NCBI GenBank assembly: GCA_036339465.1
Contig: JAYZAY010000028.1
Location: 1-49,114, forward strand
Source of the DNA: Myxococcota bacterium
Lineage (GTDB): Bacteria > Myxococcota > XYA12-FULL-58-9 > JABJBS01
Direction: 5' to 3'
DNA length: 49,114 nt
Numbering within the stretch: the first letter of the stretch is position 1; each line of letters begins with the position of its first letter. The position numbers were made by a program, and so were the translations under genes. Below are positions 37,301 through 46,160 of the stretch, piece after piece. Below the pieces are notes generated by a model that ran no database searches, was not told the DNA's origin, and was given only the letters and a program-made list of their open reading frames with translations.

Positions 37301-39412
37301 TTACCTATATTCGCTCCTGCTGTTTCTTGAAATGAGTGTTGAATCTTCATAGGCGAAACTACCTAGGAATCTCATAACCGACTCGATTGCTTCTGGTCTC
37401 TGGAAAACCACATAGTGATTGTCTATGCCTGAATAACTCAATCTATTTCCACACCACAGGATAAAGCCAGTGGTGTTTCCGGCTGAACTGTCGGTCGAGA
37501 TCGGGGCTTGTTGGTTTGCGAAGTGCTTCCAGAGGTACTCGGGCCTCTGGATATCCAATGGATAAACCGGGGCTACATTACCGCTTAGGGCTAAGGCGAT
37601 GGAGGTTTCGAAAGGGGTCTGCTCATCATAACATCCGGAGGTGATGAGTCGGTGGTTGGGCCTTGGCCGCTTCGCCCAGTGGGACGCATAATTTAGGGGG
37701 TCTGTTATTTCGACGGCGCTTTGAATGACTGCGATGATGGGGTGGGTATCGGTGAGTGTTTCGCCTGTGCTGTCCATTCCGATTTCGAAACGGATAAGCT
37801 CTTCAAAGTCGAGGCCGGCAATCTTGATATCCTTACGCTTTAGTAGGGTTTGAGCGAGACCGCCACCTGCACCTGAGAAGACCCATGCCCCGACACGTGT
37901 GTCTGAGGCGGAGGCCAAGGCACCGGTCAAACCTCCTTGGGAATGCCCAAAAAATCCAAGTCTTTGTGGATCGAGACATAGGTTTTGGTGACTCGGGTCC
38001 AACGTGGTGGGGAGATTTTGTAGTTTGGTTTGAAGCAGCTTGTGTACGAAAAATGCGTCGGCGGCTCCTTGGCGAAAATTGGCGCGTCCGGCATGTGGAT
38101 TAAAGAAGTTGAAGGACATGGTGGATTCATCGAAGGATTGATTTTCTTTGCGGTCACCATGCAGAGGCATGGAAATTCCAAATCCAACCAGGCCCTGCCC
38201 GGCCAATCGACCGGCTTTGGCGGCCTTTTTCTCCAGAAGTGATTTATGGGAACCGCCTGTACCGTGTGCGTAATGAATGGGGGTGTAGCAGGGGCGGCCA
38301 GCTGGTGGGGGGGCATTGGGGATGGTTAGGGTAAATAGAACGTCCTGTTCAGTGGGTGGGGTGGCGGGATCTTGAGGTAAGACGAGTTCTCCTTCCCGGG
38401 TATCGAAATCCCTATAAGGGATCCTGCCCTTTTGGTAAACGGGATGCTTGTACTTGCCTTCGTATACTTTGAAATGCGCGATTTCCTGGCCCTTCCAGCG
38501 GTAGGATTTGTTTAGGCCATAGCTTTCCTCAGCCAACTGAGTCCACACGATTTCTCCGGATTCGGCGTGGGAGGATGCTTCAATGGTTTTATGGATTTCT
38601 CGTAACTCGGCGGTGATTGTTTGGGTGGTGAAGGCCGTCGCGGCTACAATGGTTTTTGGATCTAGGGTATTGAGGCGAAGAAAATCAGCCAGGGTTTGCA
38701 TGCCTTGGAGATCGAGCTTCTCTGAGAGCTCTGGTCTAGAGCAAAGTTGGTCTGATTGATGAACGCCGCTTAGTAGCCGAAATAGATTGGGTTCCACGCT
38801 CCATTCACTGTCGGGGTTCGATAAGGGAAGCGCGGATGTTATGATGACTGCGTAGGTGGTCGTTTCAAGAAGTGGAAACCCCCAGGCGGGTGCTATGGCC
38901 AGGGTGTTTTGGGGCACGAAATCCGTCTCGTTTTCCCAATACTGCCACCGAATAGGGCTTCGTTTGCCGTAGGTGGGCGAGTTTGGGGTAATATCAATGA
39001 GTTGTATATGGGCCGTTTCGCTTCCCGATGAAGGAGTTTTTGGTAGGCCGCTGACGTCAATGGGGGCCGAGAATCGAAAGTAAACCGGCGTGCTGAGTCC
39101 GGATCCCTTCACCTCTTCTGCTAAGAGGCTCAGGTACATGTTGAAAAGAGACGACTCCCATGGGTTGGGTAAGGCGTTCCAGTCGAGGAGGCCCGTTTTG
39201 GGATGGGTCCGAATGTCGGAAGGAAAAGGGGTTCGAAGCCAGTGGGCTGTGTCAGAGCTTCCCTGGTTTTTGGTTGCACTTAAATCAAAGATGAGGTGGG
39301 GGCCTTTGGGGCTTGCACATGTCTCAAGGAGATTGGGTTCGGTGCTGCAACCGAGTGAATAAGAGGACACGAATATGAGTAGGTATTGGAGCAGTGGACT
39401 CTTGTGATTCAT
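37301..39412 (-). CDS. Lipoprotein alpha/beta hydrolase (lipase/esterase-like)
   Basis: Lipobox-like SLGC, oxyanion-region HGTGG, nucleophile elbow GHSQGG, and candidate Asp (DEQTP) and His (DNHY). Confidence 0.75.
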   Translation of the reverse strand: MNHKSPLLQYLLIFVSSYSLGCSTEPNLLETCASPKGPHLIFDLSATKNQGSSDTAHWLRTPFPSDIRTHPKTGLLDWNALPNPWESSLFNMYLSLLAEEVKGSGLSTPVYFRFSAPIDVSGLPKTPSSGSETAHIQLIDITPNSPTYGKRSPIRWQYWENETDFVPQNTLAIAPAWGFPLLETTTYAVIITSALPLSNPDSEWSVEPNLFRLLSGVHQSDQLCSRPELSEKLDLQGMQTLADFLRLNTLDPKTIVAATAFTTQTITAELREIHKTIEASSHAESGEIVWTQLAEESYGLNKSYRWKGQEIAHFKVYEGKYKHPVYQKGRIPYRDFDTREGELVLPQDPATPPTEQDVLFTLTIPNAPPPAGRPCYTPIHYAHGTGGSHKSLLEKKAAKAGRLAGQGLVGFGISMPLHGDRKENQSFDESTMSFNFFNPHAGRANFRQGAADAFFVHKLLQTKLQNLPTTLDPSHQNLCLDPQRLGFFGHSQGGLTGALASASDTRVGAWVFSGAGGGLAQTLLKRKDIKIAGLDFEELIRFEIGMDSTGETLTDTHPIIAVIQSAVEITDPLNYASHWAKRPRPNHRLITSGCYDEQTPFETSIALALSGNVAPVYPLDIQRPEYLWKHFANQQAPISTDSSAGNTTGFILWCGNRLSYSGIDNHYVVFQRPEAIESVMRFLGSFAYEDSTLISRNSRSEYR

Positions 39413-39473
39413 TAGACCCCCTCGGAAAACAACTTCGACCCGGCTTTAGATGCGATCTCGACGTCCCGGTTTA

Positions 39474-39488
39474 TGGCACGAAAATTGA
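39474..39488 (+). promoter_or_regulatory. Near-consensus sigma54 -24/-12 element upstream of the sulfatase-like gene
   Basis: TGGCACG-AAAA-TTGA versus consensus TGGCACG-N4-TTGC; one mismatch at the conserved -12 C. Confidence 0.3.
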
Positions 39489-39549
39489 GAATCGCAAAGC
39501 TCTGTTGTTGGCTGTTGACTGCCATGAAGGAATGTCGCAAAACTAAACC

Positions 39550-41001
39550 ATGTTTAGGAGTTGTTTAGTCGGGATCTTTTTGGGGTTGGTTTTTTTGCCG
39601 GGGCTGAGTTTAGCTGGCTATTTTCCGCGGTTAGAGAATTCTGGCATACGGGGAAATACCGCTTCGATTTCCCGTGAAGGGCCGGTGATTGTGATTGTTG
39701 TCGATGCGCTTCGGCCCGACCGGATGAGTGCCTACGGATTTGATAGACCCACGACACCCAATCTCAAGCGTTTGGCCGATGAGAGTGTTATTTTTACGGA
39801 TTATTATGTGAATGGAAACTGGACTCGCCCCTCTACGGCTTCCATTCTCACGGGATTATTGCCCTCACAGCACGGTGTTGAGCGGCAATCGGACCGGCTG
39901 CCTCTGGAGGCGGAGGTCTTCCCGAAGCGGCTATCGCAGGCGGGTATTGTGACTGGAGCTGTCGTGGGTAATGGCAATGCCGCGAGCGCTTTTGGGTTTC
40001 ATCAGGGTTTCCAAAACTATGTGGACACCGTGACCCATTGGGAAGGCTTACCGAATGCTCATGAAATTTTTGAGCATGGGAAGACCTTTGTGACGACCCA
40101 CGCAAACAACCGATTTTTCCTGATGCTTTTTCTGGTGGATTTACACGACCCATATGATGCGCCTGCTTTGTACGAGAAGCGGTTTGTGCGGAATCCGAAG
40201 ACGCGGCTTGTGCGGTCTCCGCATTGGGAAAAACAGAGCTATTCGAGAGATCTCGTGGACCGGATGCTCGATACGTACGACGCTTCTTTGAATTATGTTG
40301 ATGATCAGATAGGACATTTTGTTGAGTTTCTTAAGAAGCAAAAGCTTTTTGACAAATCCACCATCGTGGTCACGGCTGATCATGGGGAGGCCTTTGGTGA
40401 ACACGGGGTGTTTTTACATAGTCATCATCTTTATGAGGAAATTATCCGCGTGCCTTTGATGATTAAGCTTCCAGGGGCCAAAGCGAGTGGGGTTTGTACC
40501 TCTGTGGCGGATTCAACAGATCTCTTTCCTACTGTGTTGGACCTTTATGGTTTGCCGGTTGTTTCGCCGGGAAACAACGGTACGAGCTTGTTGGGTGTGA
40601 TGGGGGGGCCTTGCAAGGAGCGACCAGGGAAGAAAGTGGTGGTGCAGTTTAATCATTTTGGTATTCGGCGAACCTCCCTACGCCAAGAGAATAAGAAGGT
40701 TATTTATTATGAGCCCGTCAATGAAGCAGTGTTTCGAGGAACGGTAGGAAACCCTCATTTGTTACCTTCCGTGTCATTTTCGGACGAGAAAGTAATGTTT
40801 TTTGATATGAGCCTGGATCCTAAAGAAAAGACCAACCTCTTTTTGACAAAAGAACGACTGCAAGGTAACTGGTCAGCTCTTCTTGACGAAGTGAAGAAGC
40901 TTCGAATCTCGAAAAGGCCGTCATCACACGTGGTACAAAGCGCCGATGGTATTGATCAGGAAACACTTCGTGACCTTAAGGCCATGGGGTATATTCAATA
41001 A
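39550..41001 (+). CDS. Exported sulfatase-like hydrolase/transferase (alkaline phosphatase superfamily)
   Basis: Signal peptide, VDALRPD, WTRPSTASILTG, HDPY, TADHGEAFGEH. Confidence 0.88.
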   Translation: MFRSCLVGIFLGLVFLPGLSLAGYFPRLENSGIRGNTASISREGPVIVIVVDALRPDRMSAYGFDRPTTPNLKRLADESVIFTDYYVNGNWTRPSTASILTGLLPSQHGVERQSDRLPLEAEVFPKRLSQAGIVTGAVVGNGNAASAFGFHQGFQNYVDTVTHWEGLPNAHEIFEHGKTFVTTHANNRFFLMLFLVDLHDPYDAPALYEKRFVRNPKTRLVRSPHWEKQSYSRDLVDRMLDTYDASLNYVDDQIGHFVEFLKKQKLFDKSTIVVTADHGEAFGEHGVFLHSHHLYEEIIRVPLMIKLPGAKASGVCTSVADSTDLFPTVLDLYGLPVVSPGNNGTSLLGVMGGPCKERPGKKVVVQFNHFGIRRTSLRQENKKVIYYEPVNEAVFRGTVGNPHLLPSVSFSDEKVMFFDMSLDPKEKTNLFLTKERLQGNWSALLDEVKKLRISKRPSSHVVQSADGIDQETLRDLKAMGYIQ

Positions 41002-41050
41002 GTTTTGGGTGTGTTCGAGGGTTGCTTGGTTTTTTCCTAGCCAAGCGTCT

Positions 41051-42736
41051 CTAAAGATAGCCCATGGTTCGTAAACGCTCTGCGACTTCACTCCGACCGG
41101 GGGTCGGTTTATTGATGGAATAGGGCACGTCAGAATCCAAAGGTGATGGGATCTCGCTGCCAGCAAAAGGCAACAAATCCTCCAAGAACGGGGGTAATTC
41201 ATTGACGTAATTTGGGGCAGGGACTTCGAGAAGACGATAGATGAGCGCGCCGGCCTCCTCTATTTTGAGTTGTGGAAATAGGACGGCCTTTTGCTGTGGG
41301 TTGGTATAGATAAAGATACCCTCTCGGCGGTGCACACCAGGCATGCCGCTTCCCTTGACGGCCCAAAGCTCGGAATCAATGGCTTCGACAAAGGGGCCTG
41401 GACCATGGCTTGGTAGAAATGAGGGCCGGTAGTTGCCTGAGAGACGGGGGGTTAGGGTTAAATGAGGTATGGAGGCCTTGTCTGCAGACAACCCCTGGTC
41501 GGTTCTAAGGGTTACTTTCTCAAAAAGAGGGTGCCCCAATGTGGGGTGCCGTAGGTCGGTGAGTTGCTTTTTGAGATGGAGAGAGAGTGCAGCGGCGTCA
41601 GCAGGAGCGATGGTGCCGTGGGAAAAAAGCGCTGCCTCGTTGAGCCATATCGACGGGGCGAAATCCAGCTCGTCGGAGAAGGCGAGGCTTGTGGCGTAGT
41701 TGATTGACTGGCCCCGCGCAATATTTGCCGCGACTCCCCAGAGCTTGGGCGGAAGATTGCGAACCGTGCCGTTTCTTAGCCTATGGGGCGCGCGTTGAAG
41801 GATTGCTTTTGCTGCATGACTCAGCAAGCGGTCAGCGCTTTTTCTAACCCTGCCTTTAAAATGCAAATAACCTGCTTGATGTAGCCACCGGTTTAGATGA
41901 ATAGCATGATCTGCGGCTCCCTGGAAACCATGGTCACTTACTATCAATAATTGATGATTGTCTGGGAGCTTACTTCGGAGACGCCCGATGAGTTGGTCAA
42001 GTTTTTCATAGACACTTGAGAGGAAATTTGCGCGTGTTGATCGGGTTGCTCTGGGAGATTTCAGGTCGTGGGTATGCCAATAATGGTGGGCCACGGTGTC
42101 ACTGGCTTGAAAATGCGCCATGATTATGTCGAAGTGCCGGTTTTCTAAGAGGCCTGAAATGAGGCGCTCTTTTCTATTCAGGTCGGTGATGAGGGTGTCG
42201 ATGGCCCGTTGGTGGTCTCTGCGCGGATCGAATTCGTTAATAATCCCAAATTGCCACCCCCCGTTATTTTCGAAATAAGGATGTAGCTCTTTTGGATGTA
42301 TTCCACTTTGGGGAACACAACGCCCGCCTGGGGAATCAAAACCAGAGACTTGAATTCCATTGATGGCTTCAGGGGGATAGGTGCCAGGTACCCCGAAACA
42401 CGCGACGCTTCGTCCGGCTCTTGAGGCGATATTGAGCCACGTGGGTATTGTTCTGTCGGCACCGGTGGCGGGTCGTAGGGTGTAGGCGCCGGGGTGGTGA
42501 AAAAACATGTTGGTTACGCCATGAATATCGGGCGTGGTTCCTGTCATGAAATTGGTCCATGCAGGTAAGGTTGCGGCGGGCTCAGTGGACAAAAGTTCAG
42601 AGCGAATGCCTGTCTTCATGATGTTTTGTAGGTTCGGCAGTTTACCTTCGGACACCAGTTCGTCTATGATCGAAAAATCGGCTCCGTCGAATCCTAAAAT
42701 AAGAAGTGGTGATTTTCGTGTTGGAAGGAATGTCAT
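41051..42736 (-). CDS. Type I phosphodiesterase / nucleotide pyrophosphatase family protein
   Basis: ILGFDGAD, STEPAATLPAW, DTVAHHYW, VSDHGF, GVHRREG. No signal peptide. ATGA overlap with the upstream gene. Confidence 0.85.
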   Translation of the reverse strand: MTFLPTRKSPLLILGFDGADFSIIDELVSEGKLPNLQNIMKTGIRSELLSTEPAATLPAWTNFMTGTTPDIHGVTNMFFHHPGAYTLRPATGADRTIPTWLNIASRAGRSVACFGVPGTYPPEAINGIQVSGFDSPGGRCVPQSGIHPKELHPYFENNGGWQFGIINEFDPRRDHQRAIDTLITDLNRKERLISGLLENRHFDIIMAHFQASDTVAHHYWHTHDLKSPRATRSTRANFLSSVYEKLDQLIGRLRSKLPDNHQLLIVSDHGFQGAADHAIHLNRWLHQAGYLHFKGRVRKSADRLLSHAAKAILQRAPHRLRNGTVRNLPPKLWGVAANIARGQSINYATSLAFSDELDFAPSIWLNEAALFSHGTIAPADAAALSLHLKKQLTDLRHPTLGHPLFEKVTLRTDQGLSADKASIPHLTLTPRLSGNYRPSFLPSHGPGPFVEAIDSELWAVKGSGMPGVHRREGIFIYTNPQQKAVLFPQLKIEEAGALIYRLLEVPAPNYVNELPPFLEDLLPFAGSEIPSPLDSDVPYSINKPTPGRSEVAERLRTMGYL

Positions 42737-44634
42737 TCAATGTATCCCAATGCACGTAATTCGGCCTCTGCGTCCGCCGAGAGCGGTTTTTCTTTCCCCT
42801 TTTCGGTGGTTAAGGGGGGGCCACCTCTGGAAAGAAGCTCAGAGAGCAATGCTTGAGCTTCGGAGCCGGTGCTTTCAAGGGGGTGGACTTCATGGGGGTC
42901 GGCGCTGAGCTTGAAGTAAGTTAGTGGGGGCAGCGATCTCGGATTGTCGGGGTTGGCGGAAATGAGCTTCGGGTGACCGGGCATGTTTGGATGTCGAATC
43001 GCTCTGAGAACGTAGCCATCGAAGTCTAGTTCGGCTTTGGCGCTTTGGTGCATTTGCTCTGAGGTGTCTAGGAGATTTTTCCCGCGCCAGGAGGGCGGGG
43101 CACCCTTTCCAAATAAACCAAGGATGGTGGGGGCCACGTCAATTTGTTGAGCTAGGGTAGATACCCTAGATGGCGCTACTTCGGGGCCGGTAATCCAGAA
43201 TGGAATCCTAAGCTGTTCTTCAAAAAGGCTGGAGCCGTGGTAGAAACCACCGTGCTCATGGAACTCTTCGCCGTGATCGGAGATAAAAACCAAGGTTGTG
43301 GAGGTGTGTAAGTTGCGTTCTTTGAGGCCTTGCCAAAGGTCGCCGATGGCCTGATCTAGGCGGTGCACATCATCGCGGTAGGCCTGAAGGAAATTCCCCG
43401 CCATTGATTTGCCTGGATTTGGCAATTGAACTCGGGCGTAGCTCGTACCGTCAATGGAAAAGTAGGGGTCGTGGGGTTCCATATAGTGGGCATAAAGGAA
43501 AAACTCTTCCTGTGGTTTTAGGCTGTCTAAGAAAGAGAACGCTTCGGTGTTGACGGTATGTCCGTTTTGGTAAAAATTTTCAGGGAGGCGATAGTGGGGA
43601 AAGTATCGCTCTTTGATGAGTCGGTAGATATTGTATAGAGTGAGTCGGTTCGCGGAGAAAGGGGCACCGAAATAGGGGGTTGGGGATAAATAGCGAAATT
43701 TGTCAAAGTCGCGGTCAAAGCCATAATAACCTTGGAGATTGTAGTTATTGATCACCGCTCCCGAGCGAATGCCGTGTTTCGATAATTCCGTTTGGATTAG
43801 GGGGATATCCTCGGGTATGACGCTGGTTTTGGAGACAGTCCCATGTTGGGATGGATGCAAGGATGAAAGTATGGTTGCGACGGTAGGTTTTGTCCAGGAG
43901 GATTGGGCCGAGACGTCCTCGAAAATCATGCCCTTGGTCGCGATTGCATCTATTTGCGGTGAAGCTGCCCGGCCACGGTGGGGCGGAGCTTGGTAAATCC
44001 CTAGGCTGTCGGCACGCAGGGTGTCAGCGATGACCAAAATAACACCGCTATTTTTTGCGGGTCCCCTTTGTTTTTGGGTTTGTGTATTCGCCTTTAGGTC
44101 GCCATTGGTTGGTGGGGCAGGGGCAGGGGCAGTCTGGCTTGCTAGGCTGAACACGCCAAGACTTAAGATCGCGGCCAATGGGATGGATGCAAGGTATGCA
44201 GCGCGACGGGTGGGAAGTGATGTGGGAAGTGATGTGGGAAGTGATGCAGGGACTCTTGCGTGGAAGCTGCGTAGGAATACGACCCACAAGAGCATGGCCA
44301 ACAACGCATAGAGGGTTAAGGGGAGTTTCTGGCTTTGGTCTTGCGCAGCAAAATCGCGAATAAGTATGAAGCGACCGATGATCCCAAGGGCCGGTGTCGT
44401 TGCCAAACCGTAGCCTATTAACCATACCGTGAAAGAAGTGGTCACTTTGCGACGCAATAGGGCGGTTGCGGGTGATGAGAGTAAGCCGACAAATAAGCCA
44501 AAACTACCGTAGAAGCTTATGGAAAATAGAGAAGGAACATCTCGGTAGAGTCCTTCGATTAAACCGACGGTGGCGCCTCCGCAAGTTATTCCGGAGATCC
44601 AAAGAAGGGCATACATTGGGATTTTTGGTCGCAT
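42733..44634 (-). CDS. Membrane-anchored sulfatase-like hydrolase/transferase
   Basis: About 5 N-terminal TM segments, then ADTLRAD, SSWTKPTVATILS, EPHDPY, SDHGEEFHEH. Confidence 0.85.
   Translation of the reverse strand: MRPKIPMYALLWISGITCGGATVGLIEGLYRDVPSLFSISFYGSFGLFVGLLSSPATALLRRKVTTSFTVWLIGYGLATTPALGIIGRFILIRDFAAQDQSQKLPLTLYALLAMLLWVVFLRSFHARVPASLPTSLPTSLPTRRAAYLASIPLAAILSLGVFSLASQTAPAPAPPTNGDLKANTQTQKQRGPAKNSGVILVIADTLRADSLGIYQAPPHRGRAASPQIDAIATKGMIFEDVSAQSSWTKPTVATILSSLHPSQHGTVSKTSVIPEDIPLIQTELSKHGIRSGAVINNYNLQGYYGFDRDFDKFRYLSPTPYFGAPFSANRLTLYNIYRLIKERYFPHYRLPENFYQNGHTVNTEAFSFLDSLKPQEEFFLYAHYMEPHDPYFSIDGTSYARVQLPNPGKSMAGNFLQAYRDDVHRLDQAIGDLWQGLKERNLHTSTTLVFISDHGEEFHEHGGFYHGSSLFEEQLRIPFWITGPEVAPSRVSTLAQQIDVAPTILGLFGKGAPPSWRGKNLLDTSEQMHQSAKAELDFDGYVLRAIRHPNMPGHPKLISANPDNPRSLPPLTYFKLSADPHEVHPLESTGSEAQALLSELLSRGGPPLTTEKGKEKPLSADAEAELRALGYIE
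44210..44245. repeat. In-frame 12-bp tandem repeat (GTGGGAAGTGAT x3) encoding SLPT x3
   Basis: Three perfect units; the protein reads ASLPTSLPTSLPTRR between TM segments. Confidence 0.9.
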
Positions 44635-44780
44635 GCCTATGGTTAATACTCAACGCAAACAAATTCAACACCGAAGACCCACTCGTTGGAACTATTAGAA
44701 GTGGGGCCGCCACGGTGGAAACAGGGTTTTCGGTTGACGCTATCTGGCAGAAAGATGCGATCTTCGTTATTGGCTAGTTT

Positions 44781-46025
44781 ATGGAACGTTTGCAAAGCTT
44801 GCTTGGGATTTTTGTCTTTCTTGGAATTGCATGGCTCTTGGGCGGAAGGGCCAAACAAAAGAGTTGGAAAGGTATATTTTTGGGGGTCCTCGGGCAAGGG
44901 CTCTTGTGTGCAGCGTTTTTTCACTTACCAAGATTGAACCGTGTTTTAGAGGGGCTCAATGAGGTTGTTCTATTACTTGAAAAGGCCACGCAGGCAGGAA
45001 CATCCATGGTTTTCGGGTTTCTTGGTGGCGCAAGTTTACCCTTTGATGAGTCGTTCCCAGGCGCCTCTTTTGTGTTGGCCTTCAAGGCTCTACCCCTGGT
45101 CTTGACGGTGAGTGCGCTGTCGGCTCTTTTGTTTCATTGGCGTATCCTTCCCTTATTTGTTGGTTTTATTTCCGGGATCCTTAGAAAGGTTTTTAATATC
45201 AGCGGTGCTTTGGGGTTTGGGGTGGCCGCAAACATATTTGTGGGCATGGTGGAAGCGCCCATTTTTGTCCGCCCGTATTTGAAAGACTTATCTTCGAGTG
45301 AGCTGTTCGCCCTCATGGTGACGGGGATGTCTACAATTGCCGGTACCGTGATGATTCTTTATGCCCAGATTATCGGGCCGGTCGTGCCGGGGGCTTTCGG
45401 CCATATTTTGGTGGCCTCAGTTATAAGTGCACCAGCGGCCCTTACTGTGGCTTTTTTGATGGCGCCAATGGAGGTGTTGCCCAACAATAACTTTGCGCTG
45501 CCCACGGCGGAAAGCTCGAGTGCTATGGATGCGATTACCCGTGGTACGGGAGATGGGCTCAAACTGTGGCTGGATATCATCGCGATGCTGATCGTGTTGG
45601 TGGCATTGGTGGAGTTGGTGAATCTAATGCTCGGGGCCGTAGGACCGTTTTGGGGGCACGACCTTTCACTGCAACTCCTTCTCGGTTGGTTGATGGCGCC
45701 GGTTACTTGGTTGATGGGGATCCCCGCCGCTGAATCGGTGGCTGCAGGTAGTTTGATGGGGGTTAAAACGGTTTTAAATGAGTTTGTGGCGTATTTGCAA
45801 TTTGCCGCTCTTGCCCCGGAGGTTTTGGGGGATCGGAGCCGACTTATTTTAACCTACGCCATGTGTGGTTTTGCAAATTTCGGGAGTCTGGGAATCATGA
45901 TTGCAGGTTTGGGAGGCTTGGCGCCTGAACGAAAAAAGGAAATCGTGGATTATGGCCTTAGGAGTATTGTGGCCGGTACCTTGGCGACTTGTCTCACCGG
46001 AGCATGGGTGGGATTGCTTAGCTGA
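44781..46025 (+). CDS. NupC/NupG family concentrative nucleoside transporter
   Basis: ANIFVGMVEAP, GMSTIAGT, KTVLNEFVAY, YAMCGFANFGSLGI. Confidence 0.92.
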   Translation: MERLQSLLGIFVFLGIAWLLGGRAKQKSWKGIFLGVLGQGLLCAAFFHLPRLNRVLEGLNEVVLLLEKATQAGTSMVFGFLGGASLPFDESFPGASFVLAFKALPLVLTVSALSALLFHWRILPLFVGFISGILRKVFNISGALGFGVAANIFVGMVEAPIFVRPYLKDLSSSELFALMVTGMSTIAGTVMILYAQIIGPVVPGAFGHILVASVISAPAALTVAFLMAPMEVLPNNNFALPTAESSSAMDAITRGTGDGLKLWLDIIAMLIVLVALVELVNLMLGAVGPFWGHDLSLQLLLGWLMAPVTWLMGIPAAESVAAGSLMGVKTVLNEFVAYLQFAALAPEVLGDRSRLILTYAMCGFANFGSLGIMIAGLGGLAPERKKEIVDYGLRSIVAGTLATCLTGAWVGLLS

Positions 46026-46160
46026 ATATTCAATACTTGCGATTTGGTTCCATGTTGCTGAAAAAAAGGTGCGAAGCATTGTGCAACTTTGGGCCCATGC
46101 TGCTTTGGGGTAAGGGGGGGGTGGTTGACATCGTCGCGTAGGCCCTGCACTCTGATTCAC

